Origin: Pavona decussata
Taxonomy: Eukaryota
Length of the DNA stretch: 64,000 nucleotides
Assembly: GCA_977016875.1 (NCBI GenBank)
Contig: CDRNST010000026.1
Coordinates: 1,178,001-1,242,000, forward strand
Direction: 5' to 3'
This document shows, piece after piece, positions 49,601-61,778 of the stretch; the first letter of the stretch is position 1, and the number at the start of each line of letters is the position of its first letter. The position numbers were made by a program, and so were the translations under genes. Under the pieces are notes generated by a model. It made no database searches and had not been told where the DNA came from. It saw only the letters and a program-made list of their open reading frames with translations.

Positions 49601-52600
49601 AAAACGTATCGGATCGATTTTTGTACCGGACCGACGCTGCGCTGCTTCGGTCTTGGAAGCCGGAATCTTCAGATATCGGACAGGTTTTCGTGACATTTTC
49701 TTGAGTAGTGTGAACAGAGAATCGAAGCGAAACGGAAGTCAACAATAAGGAGCAAGGATCGAATTCTAGTGGAAGATGGCGGGGGTTTTGGGGCCAATTC
49801 TGTTCACACCAGACTGGAGTATTTTTCAACGGCATAACAAGCTATCCAGTACAGTGTAGACATTTCTCTGGGAACGTTTCCGACAAAGATGCATTAACTA
49901 AAAAAAAAAATCTAAAGGTTATTTGAAAATACTCAATGCTGCATGACGTAATGAAAAATCCATATCGTCAATGAACTAGCCAAAGGGAAATTTATACGGG
50001 AATTGAAACCAGTCTGAAATCTCGTCCGCGATGTTCAAAACTGTCATAGTTTTTGAGATTTTTAAATTTAAAAATAAAATTTTAATTTCCAAAAACTCCG
50101 TTCAAATTTCAAAAATACTAGTCACGCGTGATGTAATTTGACTGTAATCAATGTTCATATCTTGCCCTTGACCTCATTATAAAAACATTTACCCTGTAAT
50201 CTCCAATGGTGACCAGTTCCTAGTTTCTCCTTACAAAATTACTACTTGATCGAACATGTAGCTCACGAGACCGAAAGGAAATTATCACCAAATAGAAATG
50301 TTTTGATGTCCAAATAAATTCTCTCAACTAACTGCAATAAGAACAACGGAGAGCTATGACAAGAATCTGTATGTTGATGCTCCTGTTTAAAATCAGCTCA
50401 TTTTGTAGCCAATTAGGCCGTCGTTCAGACCAAACGCTGGTGCATGGTGAGATGGCGCTCGTTTAACTTTAGACCACTTGACTTTAATTCGCACAATTTG
50501 ACTTGGTAAAGATTATTCGATGATTGTGTCGACCGCAGTGTTGTACGTGGGATTAAAATCTACAAATCCTATGAGGAAATATGTCTCACTTATTCTGCGG
50601 TTAACTAACTTAATGTTTAAATTTGGAAAAGCTGTTGAACTCCGTTTTTTTTTTATTTCGATTTTTTCCTTTGCGGATTTTGTTTTGAGTGTCTTACTGG
50701 CCGTGAAGCTGTCGTTTTTGAAAGCTTATTTGTCAATACATCCCGAAAACCGCTTCTCAGGGCATCAAAAATTGATCCAGTGTTGTCGTTCGAGGATTTG
50801 TTTTCTGAAATGAGTTTTTCGATGTTTAACTTACAAACCCTTCTTAAACCTGTACTTTGTGCATTACATAAGATGTTTGGTCTCAGTTTGCTCCGTGTAG
50901 ATGGGTCAGTAATCAACACAGATCTCCAAGCCTTAGAAGGATTTTTTTTTTCTAATTTATTTCGGATAATTTTATAATTTCAATCGGCTCAATCAATTTT
51001 CAACTTTTAAGCCGTTCAATTAATTGATTGACCTTTTAGAATACGCAAGAGGTTAACCTGTTCTTAAGAACACAAAATTTTATAATTTGTCATGATTTTG
51101 AAAAACAGTGGCTCCCCTCAAAGACTTTGCTTTGCTTTTTTCTATTTGTTTTTTAAGTCGATGCTGAGTGATTCCGCGAGTTTTATTTTAATTCCAGTGT
51201 TTCTACTTCTCCATTTATTATCCCAAGACTTCAACCGTCCTCGAGGAATAGGGTTGGCAAAAGAAAGAGAGGTCGTTGGTGTGGCCGTTTACCATTTGTC
51301 GTTAAAAACCAGAATTTTCAGTTAAAATTTAAATAGTACACCTTATCAGCCAGTGGACAAACGTTTCAAGAAAAGATCGAAATCCTTATACATACTCCTC
51401 TTTCTCCATTCCAAACGCAATGCATGACAGGAAAATTCCCGTACCATTTGTCAAACCGGCGTTCGTCTCACCAAGATTTTTTTCCCGCGCTTTTCGATGA
51501 TTCAAGATTTCAGCTTTTCTTNNNNNNNNNNNNNNNNNNNNNNNNNNNNNNNNNNNNNNNNNNNNNNNNNNNNNNNNNNNNNNNNNNNNNNNNNNNNNNN
51601 NNNNNNNNNNNNNNNNNNNNNNNNNNNNNNNNNNNNNNNNNNNNNNNNNNNNNNNNNNNNNNNNNNNNNNNNNNNNNNNNNNNNNNNNNNNNNNNNNNNN
51701 NNNNNNNNNGTCTATGAGCCAACGAAGGCTCTTTCAAAATACGTACGTGCATCTACAAGTTGCAAAAATTAAAAGAAAACTACTATAATACAAACTTAGT
51801 TACCCAAAACAATTCAATTATAAGATCATAGATCATCACTATGTTTCATCTAAAAATACATCGCGCCGCTAAAAATTGAAGGCGATTGAGTACGTAATGG
51901 TATGTTGCAAGTCCTCAGGCTCTTTGGCCAGCGTTTGGTCACCAGGAGAGAGACTGGAGAACTGGAATTTTATTACCGCAGGATTTCTGCGGTAAAACAA
52001 TGCAAGCTGTTACGTGGCAGCCAAACAAAAAGAAAAATGATTTTTTTTCGAATTTCTCCAGACTCTGGGAACGAGATTGGGTATGTTGATTGTAATCTTC
52101 TTCTGTTTGTCACCAGTCCCTTCTCAACATCGGCGCCATGATTGGCGGGCCGTTAGGTGGTTGGATAATCGACATCTGTGGACGAAAAATCGCGCTTATG
52201 ACAACCGCTGTCCCATTCGGCACTGGGTGGCTCATGATTGGATTTGGTAAAAGTGCCGCAATGCTTCACGCTGGAAGGTTCTTCTCTGGTCTCGGAGTTG
52301 GAATGGCTTCACTTATTACTCCGGTAAGAGCCACCAGTGACAGTTCACCCTACACTGTAAACTGGACCAGTTGTATCAACTACTACCTTATTCTAACTAA
52401 TTTTCGCGCGTACTTAAGGGCGGTGCCTACTTTTGTTACGACGTATACGTTCTGCGCTTCTCAAGATACACAGGTTTCCAATGGGTGATGTCTACTAATA
52501 CAGAAATATTTCTGCGCGGTTTTAAACTATGCGGAGACAGTAGGACTTAGCAAGTGCTCTTGGTATCCAAAAAGAAAATTGGGGATAACCATGCATTTTT

Positions 52601-54344
52601 CAGAGATAATAAAGCCTCAATTTGAAAAAAAAACGTCGTACATTTCTTTGTTTTTGGCTGTTCATGTAATAAAAATCGTTCTTAATTATCTCTAAAAAAA
52701 ATGCGTGGTTACCCCTAACTTTCTTTTTGGATATCAATAGCCCTTGCCAAGATTTGCTTTCCCCGCATAGTCATAAGCCACACAAAAACACTTCTTTACT
52801 AGTAGGCACTCAGCGGGGAGGGGAGAATGGGAGAGGGTAGAACTGATTATTCTAGTCACTCAGTGACTAGAAGGAAAATCGACTTTTTTTGTCCAGATCC
52901 AGGACCGTAGACAGGGGGCGGTGCGATAGGTGTGTCCGCAAGCTCCCCCTCTCCCTCCACTCCGAAAAAAAAAAAAAGCCACAAAGGTCCGCCTAATCGG
53001 GGAGTTTTAATTAAAAGGAAGATGAATTATCGAAACATATCTAAACCTTGTAAGTTGTGAATTTTGAATTCAAAGTACAGGCGAAATAGAGATGTTTTCA
53101 TATTTACCTCTAACACTGTTCCAGCACCTGGATGTTTTTGTCTAACAACGCTCAGATATAAGAAATGCGGGCTTCAACAACTTGATTTTTCAAAATTTCC
53201 GGGGGGGACCCACTAGAAGCTGGCACCTCTAGTTCTCGCACCCCCACGCAAACAGCTGCCTGAGATCAAGGAAACACACTCAATGTCCATTTATGGTGTG
53301 CTATTTTAAAGCAACTCAGGTTGTATTTCATGACTTGTCAAATTAGAATTGATGAAAAAAGTTACGGCTTTGAGATAAATAGGTTTAAAACGTAAAAATT
53401 TAAAACTTCAAAAAAGGCCCAATCCTTGTGTATATTAGGTATAGCCCTAAACTACAACTTATTTTAACGTGAAAGATGTATTTAAACCCACAACTACCAG
53501 GGAGAAAAAGTTTTCATCCTTTTAAACAGATCTTTAAGAACAAGATTATCTAGGTGTCAAAAATTCATAGACATCCGTCAAATATTGACAGAGATATGGC
53601 ACTGTATGCCAATTGGCCCATTTAGGGATTTAAAAAGGGTTAAGCTTAGGTAAGTGAATTTCTTTGCTCTTAAGGGCTTTTCCCTAACTTGGGTTTCATA
53701 TTTCATTGCAGAATTACATATCCGAGACTGCGCCGAGTCGTCTTCGCGGCGCCTTTGGTGCTTTCACCCAAATCGGAATCGTTAGCGGCATTATGTTCTC
53801 TTATGTCATCGGCTACTTTCTCAATTGGCGTTGGTCGGCCATAGCAGGGTTGGGGCCCTCCGCATGTCTGGTGTTGCTCATGGTATTTATGCCAGAAACC
53901 GCACGTTGGTTGCTGGCTCATAACAAGGAACAACGCGCCGAGAAAACATTGAAGTGGCTTAGAGGACCAGATGTAAAAATCCAAGATGAAATCGTGGAAA
54001 TTAAAGCAAGTCTAAGTAAGTAAACGTGTTGAGGTGATGGCACTGGAAAAGAAGCTGTGACAATAATGCCTTTTGGACCTTTGTAGAGTTGTTCATAAAA
54101 ATATAAAAAGGAGGTGACAGTACTTGGTTTTACGCTATAGGGTTGTAGTACTTACAGTATATCTACTTTAGAAAGCAGCTAAAAGCGTAGATTTGATAGA
54201 TTGGTATCCATCACTTAGAGAAAGTCAATCCTACCAATGATACTAAGCTATCAAGCCAGCATGTGCTTGTAATTCATAAATGCACGTACATTTTTGAAAC
54301 GAGCCTCTTCAATGCGTGTCTAAATAAATTTGATCATTGGATTA

Positions 54345-54375
<31 letters not shown>

Positions 54376-54376
54376 A

Positions 54377-54413
<37 letters not shown>

Positions 54414-55442
54414 CTGATTGATTAAACATGTGACAGCAGTAGCTGCAGCCTTTACTCATGCCTAGTCATTTTTCTTGACTCCTTCTCAGACGTGAAAGAG
54501 AAGATGTCGATCAGAGAGTTCGCCAAACCCAGTCTCCTGCGACCATTTGCCATCAGTATGTCCATTCATTTCTTCCAACAAAGTACAGGCATCAACGCTG
54601 TTATGTTTTACTGCGCAACGATCTTCCAAACGGCTGGTTTCCAAGACAACAGCACCATGGTGCCAATACTGATCGGGCTGATTCAGTTCGTTGCAGCTAT
54701 CGTTACCTTGATCATGATCGATCGAGGCGGGAGGCGATTTTTGTTAATAGTCGGCGGCATGGGAATGTTTATCAGTTGCTTCAGCATGGGTGCGTATTTT
54801 TACGTCACGATCAACGCGGCACCCGCTTACGAGGGGCTTGAAATTTCGTGGGTAGCTGTCACCAGCGTGGCCGTCTACATCGTTGGATTTGCCATGTCCT
54901 GGGGTCCCTGTACCTGGCTCATCATGAGCGAGATTTTCCCCCTGAAAGCCCGAGGCACAGCCAGTGGTATTGCGACCGCCTTTAACTGGCTTTGTTCGTT
55001 TGCTATCACAAAATCATTCAGCTTGTTACTCAAATCATTCACGGCGGCCGGAACATTTTGGTTTTATGGAAGTCTAATGCTTCTCGGGACCGTGTTTGTT
55101 TACGTGTGTGTCCCAGAAACAAAAGGGAAATCGCTGGAAGAGATTCAGCAATACTTCGAGAGCAAAGACACAAAAAGAGAAAGACAAACGGAGAAGAGAA
55201 AAGAAAAAGAGAAGAAAAACGGTTTTGTTTACGTTAGTGTCCCAGAAGTAACAGGGAAATCGCTTGACGAGATTCATCAATACTTCGAGAGAAAAGTAAA
55301 GAAAGCAACCGGGTTTGTTTACGTGTGTGTCACAGATGAATCAAAAGGGAAATTGCTTGAAGAGATTCAGCAATACTTCGAAAGCAAGGGAAACAAGACA
55401 GCAGCGAATATCCCGGAACATTTGAGAGAGTCCGACGTGTGA
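46604..55442 (+). CDS. SLC2A8: Facilitated sugar transporter, class III GLUT (GLUT8/GLUT6/Tret1-like), ~592 aa, 4 exons
   Basis: Exons 46604-46918, 52117-52323, 53712-54015, 54490-55442 (1779 nt, in phase). Motifs: LGSFSFGYGMGYSS, GGWIIDICGRK, GRFFSGLGVG, YISETAPSRLRG, MPETARWL, QQSTGINAVMFY, IDRGGRR, GPCTWLIMSEIFPLKARG, FNW, VPETKGKSLEEI. Orthology to SLC2A8 versus SLC2A6 is not resolved. Confidence 0.9.
51522..51709. other. Assembly gap
   Basis: Run of N inside intron 1 of the sugar transporter. Confidence 1.
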
Positions 55443-57399
55443 ATATAAACTTCTTGCCTTAACGAACTTCTCTGGTCATGCAGCAGTTTGCTAATTCCTT
55501 GGTTACCTTAAGAACCCCACTTCCTTTCCAAAAAGCCACCATCTTTACAGGAATCCTCCATTCTCTAAATGCAAATTACATTGAGTTGTTGGAAATACAA
55601 TTTGGACACAATGGGATGTTTAATCGCCTATTTTGGCTCTTAACGATATGACGTCATACGCTTGCCTCTCCTAAATTTAATAGAGAAATTAAGCAACGAC
55701 GACGTCAACGGCAGCGAGAACATCACTATTAATTAATGGATTTCCTCCTTGAATGTCAGATTTTTGCTATAAGCGCCCTTTACTCATATCACCCCACCCA
55801 TAGAAACATTGTACCGAGCGAAAATAAGGTAATGAGGAACTAAATGTCATGTCGCCTCCCATGTAATCGGTTTTAAGGGACGGCGCCTCCTGATGCAGAT
55901 ATATTTTTGGGAGGTTTATGACTTAACGGGAAAAGCAGATCTTAACTAGAGCAGTTTGAATCCAGAAAGAAAATTGGGGGTACCCACGCATATTTCAGAC
56001 ATGATTTAGCAACAACAATTTTACAAAAAACGATAAAATACATAATAATGTATGGCATGGCATTCTTTTAAAATCGAACCTTTATTTTCTCTTATGCGTG
56101 GTTCCCCAAATTTTTCATAGATCTCGTTCCAAAAACCTTGCCAAGAACGTCTATTCCCGCGCGAAAGTACTTTTGAATAAGTAAGTACGGTCCCTAAGAA
56201 AACAGCGTTTTTTGCACCATTCGGAAATCGCAGAACAGTATGCGAAGTCAAAATAGGAGGCATCACTCGTAAGGGAGTCCTGTTACGACTCCCCTTAAAG
56301 CAAAGGTTTGGAGGCTACAAAAACGAGGGCTATGAAAACATATAGGATCGAAGTGATTCAAGACTCGAGAGGAAAAATGATCAAAATATCAAACTGGTGA
56401 CGTAAAAGTTTTAAACTTCAGCGAGGTTATTTTCGTGAGTCGCTTTTTTTTCTCCTTAAAATCTGTACAAAAAAAAAATCAGCTAGGAATAAACAAGAAG
56501 AGCGCGTATACGGGCAATTGCTAAAATAATATTCCTTAAATTCTTAAGGGACTATGTCAGCTAGGGAACATGAGCACTAGAGTCTCGTTAAGACTAATTT
56601 GCATACAACTCGATGCGGGATTTTAGCTTTTTTGCCATTGCAAAAGTTTAAAAAATATTGCAACATATAGCTTCTGTAATTAATAAAGAGCGTTTGTAAA
56701 TCTGAAAAATTTCCATAGATGAACACGATTCAAGCAGATGATAACAGCTTCCAGAACTATTCTACGCTATTTGAAAAAGTTAGACCAACGATTTAAAAGT
56801 GCTTCACAGCAACGCGCGCATGCCCCTGGAATGAAATAGTCTCTTTAATATTTTTGGGGTCTGTTTAGCTGCAGAATATGTACAGATCAAACCGAATTAA
56901 CCTTCTAGGCTTAAAAAATGAGAAGCATTTAATTTTTTTTCCTCACAATATCGCTTCTTGCTCTAACAAAACGGCCACAAGAATGTGAATGTTCTGATTT
57001 TAAGCAAACTATCCATACAAGGACCATGAGAAATATGTATATGGAAATCCGTGCGGAGAATATACAGACCGATACTGGGGCTTAAAGGGTTAAGGGAGAG
57101 AATAAGTCGCTATATTTGTCCGACCTTTTGGTCGTTTTCCTTTAAAGAGTGTTTTCACATGACGTCACGGCGGCCATGTTGGTGTCCCAAAACAAAGAAA
57201 CGGCGGCCATGTTGGTGTTCCAAACCAAACCCCTGGGAACTGAACTTTATTTTTATGCAAATACTTTCTTTTGTTTCCGTAAACCACTATGGCTGGTAGT
57301 CACGCGAATGAAAACACTCCATAGGCGATGTTGCATCTCTCATAATAGTAAAAGTTAGATATTTACAAGAAAGTGATTAAAATTAACAAACATGGGAGA

Positions 57400-57742
57400 T
57401 CCTGTATAGCTTATGTACAAGATAAAATTAAAATTTAAAAACTAAAATAATGCTATTGACTACAAAGATTACAGCAATTGCTGTTATTAATTAAAATGTC
57501 AGCAAGGTTCAGTTTTCTTATTTTGTTTATAAAAACAGGTAAACTGGGCGAATCTCTTTGATTGTCGGTAGGTTTTAACCATAAGAATGGCCCGAGATAT
57601 CTAACAGTGTGCTTGCCATAACGTGTAGTTTCAAAACGCGGTATTACAAAGTCACTATTCCTTAGCGAGTGTGTAGAGCCTTTGCGGACAAATAGTTGAG
57701 AAACGCAGTCAGGTACAAGACCATGTTTGACTTTGTACAATT
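57400..57742 (-). mobile_element. 3' remnant of a non-LTR retrotransposon ORF2 (CR1/L2 group)
   Basis: MYKVKHGLVP...HSLRNSDFVIPRFETTRYGKHTVRYLGPFLW...FINKIRKLNL...CCNLC is a typical ORF2 C-terminus, followed by an AT-rich tail. Confidence 0.75.
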
Positions 57743-58081
57743 TAAGAATACACTATCAATAAAAGCGAATTTGATAAAAGTAGATAAAATAAATAGTGCG
57801 GATACTGTAGGTATTGTAAGTAGTATAATTGTTAGTACTGCAAGTACAGTAAGCCTTTCTTGTAAACATAGTAAGAGCTGTAATTTATCGCAAATAGACA
57901 AAGTTGTGTTTACTATTGTACTCTGTGTGTCACGTAAAGCTAATAAAAATGTATAAATAAAATATTATAATGTTCTTGTTTTGTTGTTGGGAGGGAGAAA
58001 GGAGTATAGCAGGAACATTTGCATAGATTTTATAGGACTTTGACCTCTTTTGTTCAAAATGGTGAAATAAGACCTTCACTT

Positions 58082-58245
58082 AAGGCTGGTTTCCATATGA
58101 TCGCGGATCGCAGATCGCAAACAATCGCAATTGATCGCAGACGATCGCAGAAGATAGAACCATGTTCTATCTAAAGGCTGGTTTCCATATGATCGCGGAA
58201 CGCAGATCGCAATAAGGTCTGCGATCATATGGAAACCAGCCTTTA
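58082..58245. mobile_element. Short MITE with AAGGCTGGTTTCCATATGATCGC terminal inverted repeats (two left ends, one right end)
   Basis: The left end occurs at about 58082 and 58174 and its reverse complement at about 58220-58243. The interior is rich in GATCGCA, and flanks are TAA/TTAA. Confidence 0.65.
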
Positions 58246-59191
58246 ACTACAAAGTAATTCTTGAAAAACGAGAGGAAAGAATCAACTCAGTTGTTGAAAG
58301 GAATGACTCGTGTTCTGTTCTAGCGCATTTTGGAGACAAAAATGCGAGATCAGAACTTGGAAAACGTTAGCCTAACATTTTTCAAGTTTCAATCCTTTCC
58401 GACCTACTCTGGCTCTGTCCAGAGGCACTCATCGACAGTTTTACTGCACTGGGGTGATAACTTATAAGGGTACTTGACAATTTTTTTGTTTGTTTGTTTC
58501 TTCCTGTTGACAGACAAAAATTTTTTGGTTTTGAATCAAATTCGCGTGAATTCCTCTTTAAACACAATGAATCAGTATGACAGTAGGTAGCATAGTCTTC
58601 CGGATTTTTGTGCTGTAATGCAAATGAAGCAAATGAACTTGTAACAAGACACTCAGCAAATCCCTTCAGAACAAAAGAAATGTCGATAAACATAACGCTA
58701 AGAGAATTAGAGCCACCTTAAAACAAATTATCTTCAAATAATTGTTCTGAAAAAAATAATGTTATAGTACAAAGAAACAGCTCCGTCGAAATAACGTACT
58801 GCATTTTTTTTTTCTAAAAGACACAGCAAACGCTATTTAGTATTTTTGCTGCGAGCATAGCGGGCAGGATTGCGGATGGATTTCCCGGCTTTTTCCTCGC
58901 TTTCATGAATGCTTTTTAACTACACCGCTAACCACTTAACCTTGCCTTTTTTTCTCTCGCGTTTTTGATCCACGCTTTCACGAAGGCGACTGTCCAGAAT
59001 TTCAGAATTTGGCGAGTACGGTATTTGTTCCTATTATTTTTCTGGGTCTTTTAATGAACGCAGCTGTTCAATCATTTTTCCGGAGTGCCAAGAAGCTTAA
59101 TACATCGAAAATAATGCTCAAGAGTGGCAAACGGACTGAAGCCGGCAAAATCTCACGCATATTACGCATGGTCTCACGCTTGCAATATTGT

Positions 59192-59403
59192 ACCCAGAGT
59201 CCTCAGGCTCTTTGGCCAGTGGTTGGTCGCCGGGAGAGACTCTAAGGAACTTGAATTTTATTACCGCACGATTTCTGCGGTAAAACAATGAACGCTGTTA
59301 CGGGGCAGCCAGTCAAAAAATGTAGTTTTTTTTCGACATTTCGAAGGTCCCTGCTGGCGATCAACCGCTGGCCAAGGAGCCTAAGGACTATGGGTACGAG
59401 ATT
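59192..59403. mobile_element. Short dispersed inverted-repeat element (gtacccagagtcctcaggctc...gggtacgag family)
   Basis: Shares gtcctcaggctctttggccag...tttattaccgca.gatttctgcggtaaaacaatg with 51910-52078. Confidence 0.55.
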
Positions 59404-59584
59404 GTCACGCCTGTTGATCAAAAGAATCGATCTCACGTTAGACTGCAATCAGTCCCTTTCTGGATAGACGAGAGGCTGCTCTCAAAACGCAGCGAGACTG
59501 GAGCGAGGAGAAATAAACGAGAAGAGACTGGAAACAATATGAATCTGAAAGTCAAAATCACTGCTTCATGCCCGAGTTCCCCTC

Positions 59585-60314
59585 CCAAGAGATCTTAGCA
59601 GCAGCACATATGCCCTTAAGAACTCCATTTTTCATTGACAGAGTTCTTGTCAATGTTTGAGCGTAAAGACTCCAGAAAAAATTCTGCACTTGTAATTAGT
59701 TTCATTCCTTTCAAGAATTTCGCCGTAGCATGGGTGGATGTCGTGCGTGGTTTTTTCGGCGTCTTGTCGGATTGCCGACTCTTTCCTTGCGGAACGCGCG
59801 GGATCGGTTCTACTCCTCTCAGAGCCCAGCACCGCTTGCTCTCTCCAATGTAGGAAAAATCGCAAAAAATTTCATATGAAGGGACTCTGTATCACCAAAT
59901 TTTTGGTTGTGCTATGGGCTCACCCGTGAGCGTTGCCATCGCGGACCTGATAATGGAACACGTCGAGGTTCAGGCTTTGTTAACATTCTCGGCTCTCCCC
60001 CGCTGATGGTTCAGATACGTTGACGATTCAAACGCGTGCATCAAGTCGACAGAACTTGCGGTGCTGGGCTCCGAGAGAAGTAGAACACGATCCCGTGCAT
60101 GCCGCAAGTAAAGAGTCGGTAATCCGACAACACGCTGAAAAAAAAAAAACACGCACGACATCCACCTATGCTACGGCGAAATTCTTGAAAGGAATGAAAC
60201 TAATTACAAGCGTATAATTTTTCTGGAGTCCTTACTCTAAAACATCGACAAGAACTCTGTCAACGAAAACATGGAGTTCCCAAGGGCGTATATGCCGCTG
60301 TTAAGATCTCTTGG
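59585..60314. mobile_element. Foldback element with ~250-bp imperfect inverted arms enclosing a Penelope-type RT fragment
   Basis: Arms 59585-59835 and 60058-60314 are reverse complements. The interior 59872-60057 (+) translates SYEGTLYHQIFGCAMGSPVSVAIADLIMEHVEVQALLTFSALPR*WFRYVDDSNACIKSTEL. Confidence 0.8.
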
Positions 60315-60725
60315 TCTCTTTTCAGATTCATTGTCCCCCAAAGAAGCACAGAGAGACGGTTTGAAAATTTGAGAAACTTTTTTTAAGTTTTTAGATAGTT
60401 TTAAGCCTTTTTACCAATTTTAATCATGAACACTGATCGCCAAAAGAGCAACATGTATTGTTATTTTATGTTATATATTTGTTTCGTTTTCAAGACAGAG
60501 CAGTAAGAAAAATTATTATTATTTTTTTTTTCAATAACCACCAAATTTCAAATGCGCTCATTGGCTAATGAAAAGTCAGAGCTGAAGCAATCGGCCGGAG
60601 AAAGTTTTGGCCAACTTTTTTAGTCTTATGTCCTTGATGACGCGGAAATTCAACCTCGAAACTAGAATTCTTGAATCACAAAATCGTCTAAATACTTGAG
60701 GTAAGGCAGCTCAACCTCGTTCCTA

Positions 60726-60867
60726 NNNNNNNNNNNNNNNNNNNNNNNNNNNNNNNNNNNNNNNNNNNNNNNNNNNNNNNNNNNNNNNNNNNNNNNNNNN
60801 NNNNNNNNNNNNNNNNNNNNNNNNNNNNNNNNNNNNNNNNNNNNNNNNNNNNNNNNNNNNNNNNNNN
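60726..60867. other. Assembly gap
   Basis: Run of N. Confidence 1.
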
Positions 60868-61778
60868 GACGTGAAGAGGAGAGACCCAGCGAACGAGATT
60901 GAATACAGTAGTGGAGAGCTGGAAGGGAACCACTGCTGAGACTGAAATGACCGGAAAAGGAAAATCTGATTTATCCCAACAACAGTCGAGCCTGTGTCCT
61001 TCCAGTAACTACTTCGTGATAATACATAACATAACGCATAACATAACATTTTATTTAAGAGGCTTTAACACAAATACAAAAAAAACATCCTGAATAGGGA
61101 AATCGTGAGTTTAACCCCATACAAAAACAATTTCCCTTACTAAAAACTTGCAAAAATATTTTAAAATTTCTAGAACTAGATAAAATTCGACGGCTACTGA
61201 TTCAATAAATATTCAAGTAAATTGAAAGAACACCTCGTAGTCCGAAGACTGAATTGTGTGTATAATGTACAAGAAACAAAATCTATAATTAAATTAATCA
61301 CAAAGGTCTATGATAATTTAAAAAAATATACAATCTAATAGAATCATATCACTCAGAATGGTCTTGTGTCTGTACGGATGCTACAAAAGAGCTATAGGAG
61401 ATTTTTAGGAGCTAGACAATCAAAGTTTGTTGTGAATCTACAAATCCGACGCAGACGCACTTTGCGTGATGAGCCCAAAGAGTGTCTGCATGGGAGGCTC
61501 AATCTATGAGCGATGTTGTGACGCAATTTATCATCAGTGAGAGGAAAAACTTCGATTTGACGTCAATTTGTTAAATTGTCATTATGAAGCGGACTTTGTC
61601 TCTTCAGAGGCAAAAACATTCTGCTTGAAAAAGGGTATAGAAATTTGAAAATCGGCATGGAAAATAACACATTTCGGTCTGTACTAGGGCAAGAATTAGA
61701 AGAACTAAAGGCATGACGTCAGAAAAGTTTTTGTGGAGTTAAACACCAATTTCTTTAACGAAAAGGGAACCCATAACA

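Noticed and set aside
51424-51772. ORFs spanning N runs (also 60688-61049)
   Set aside because: Artefacts of assembly gaps.
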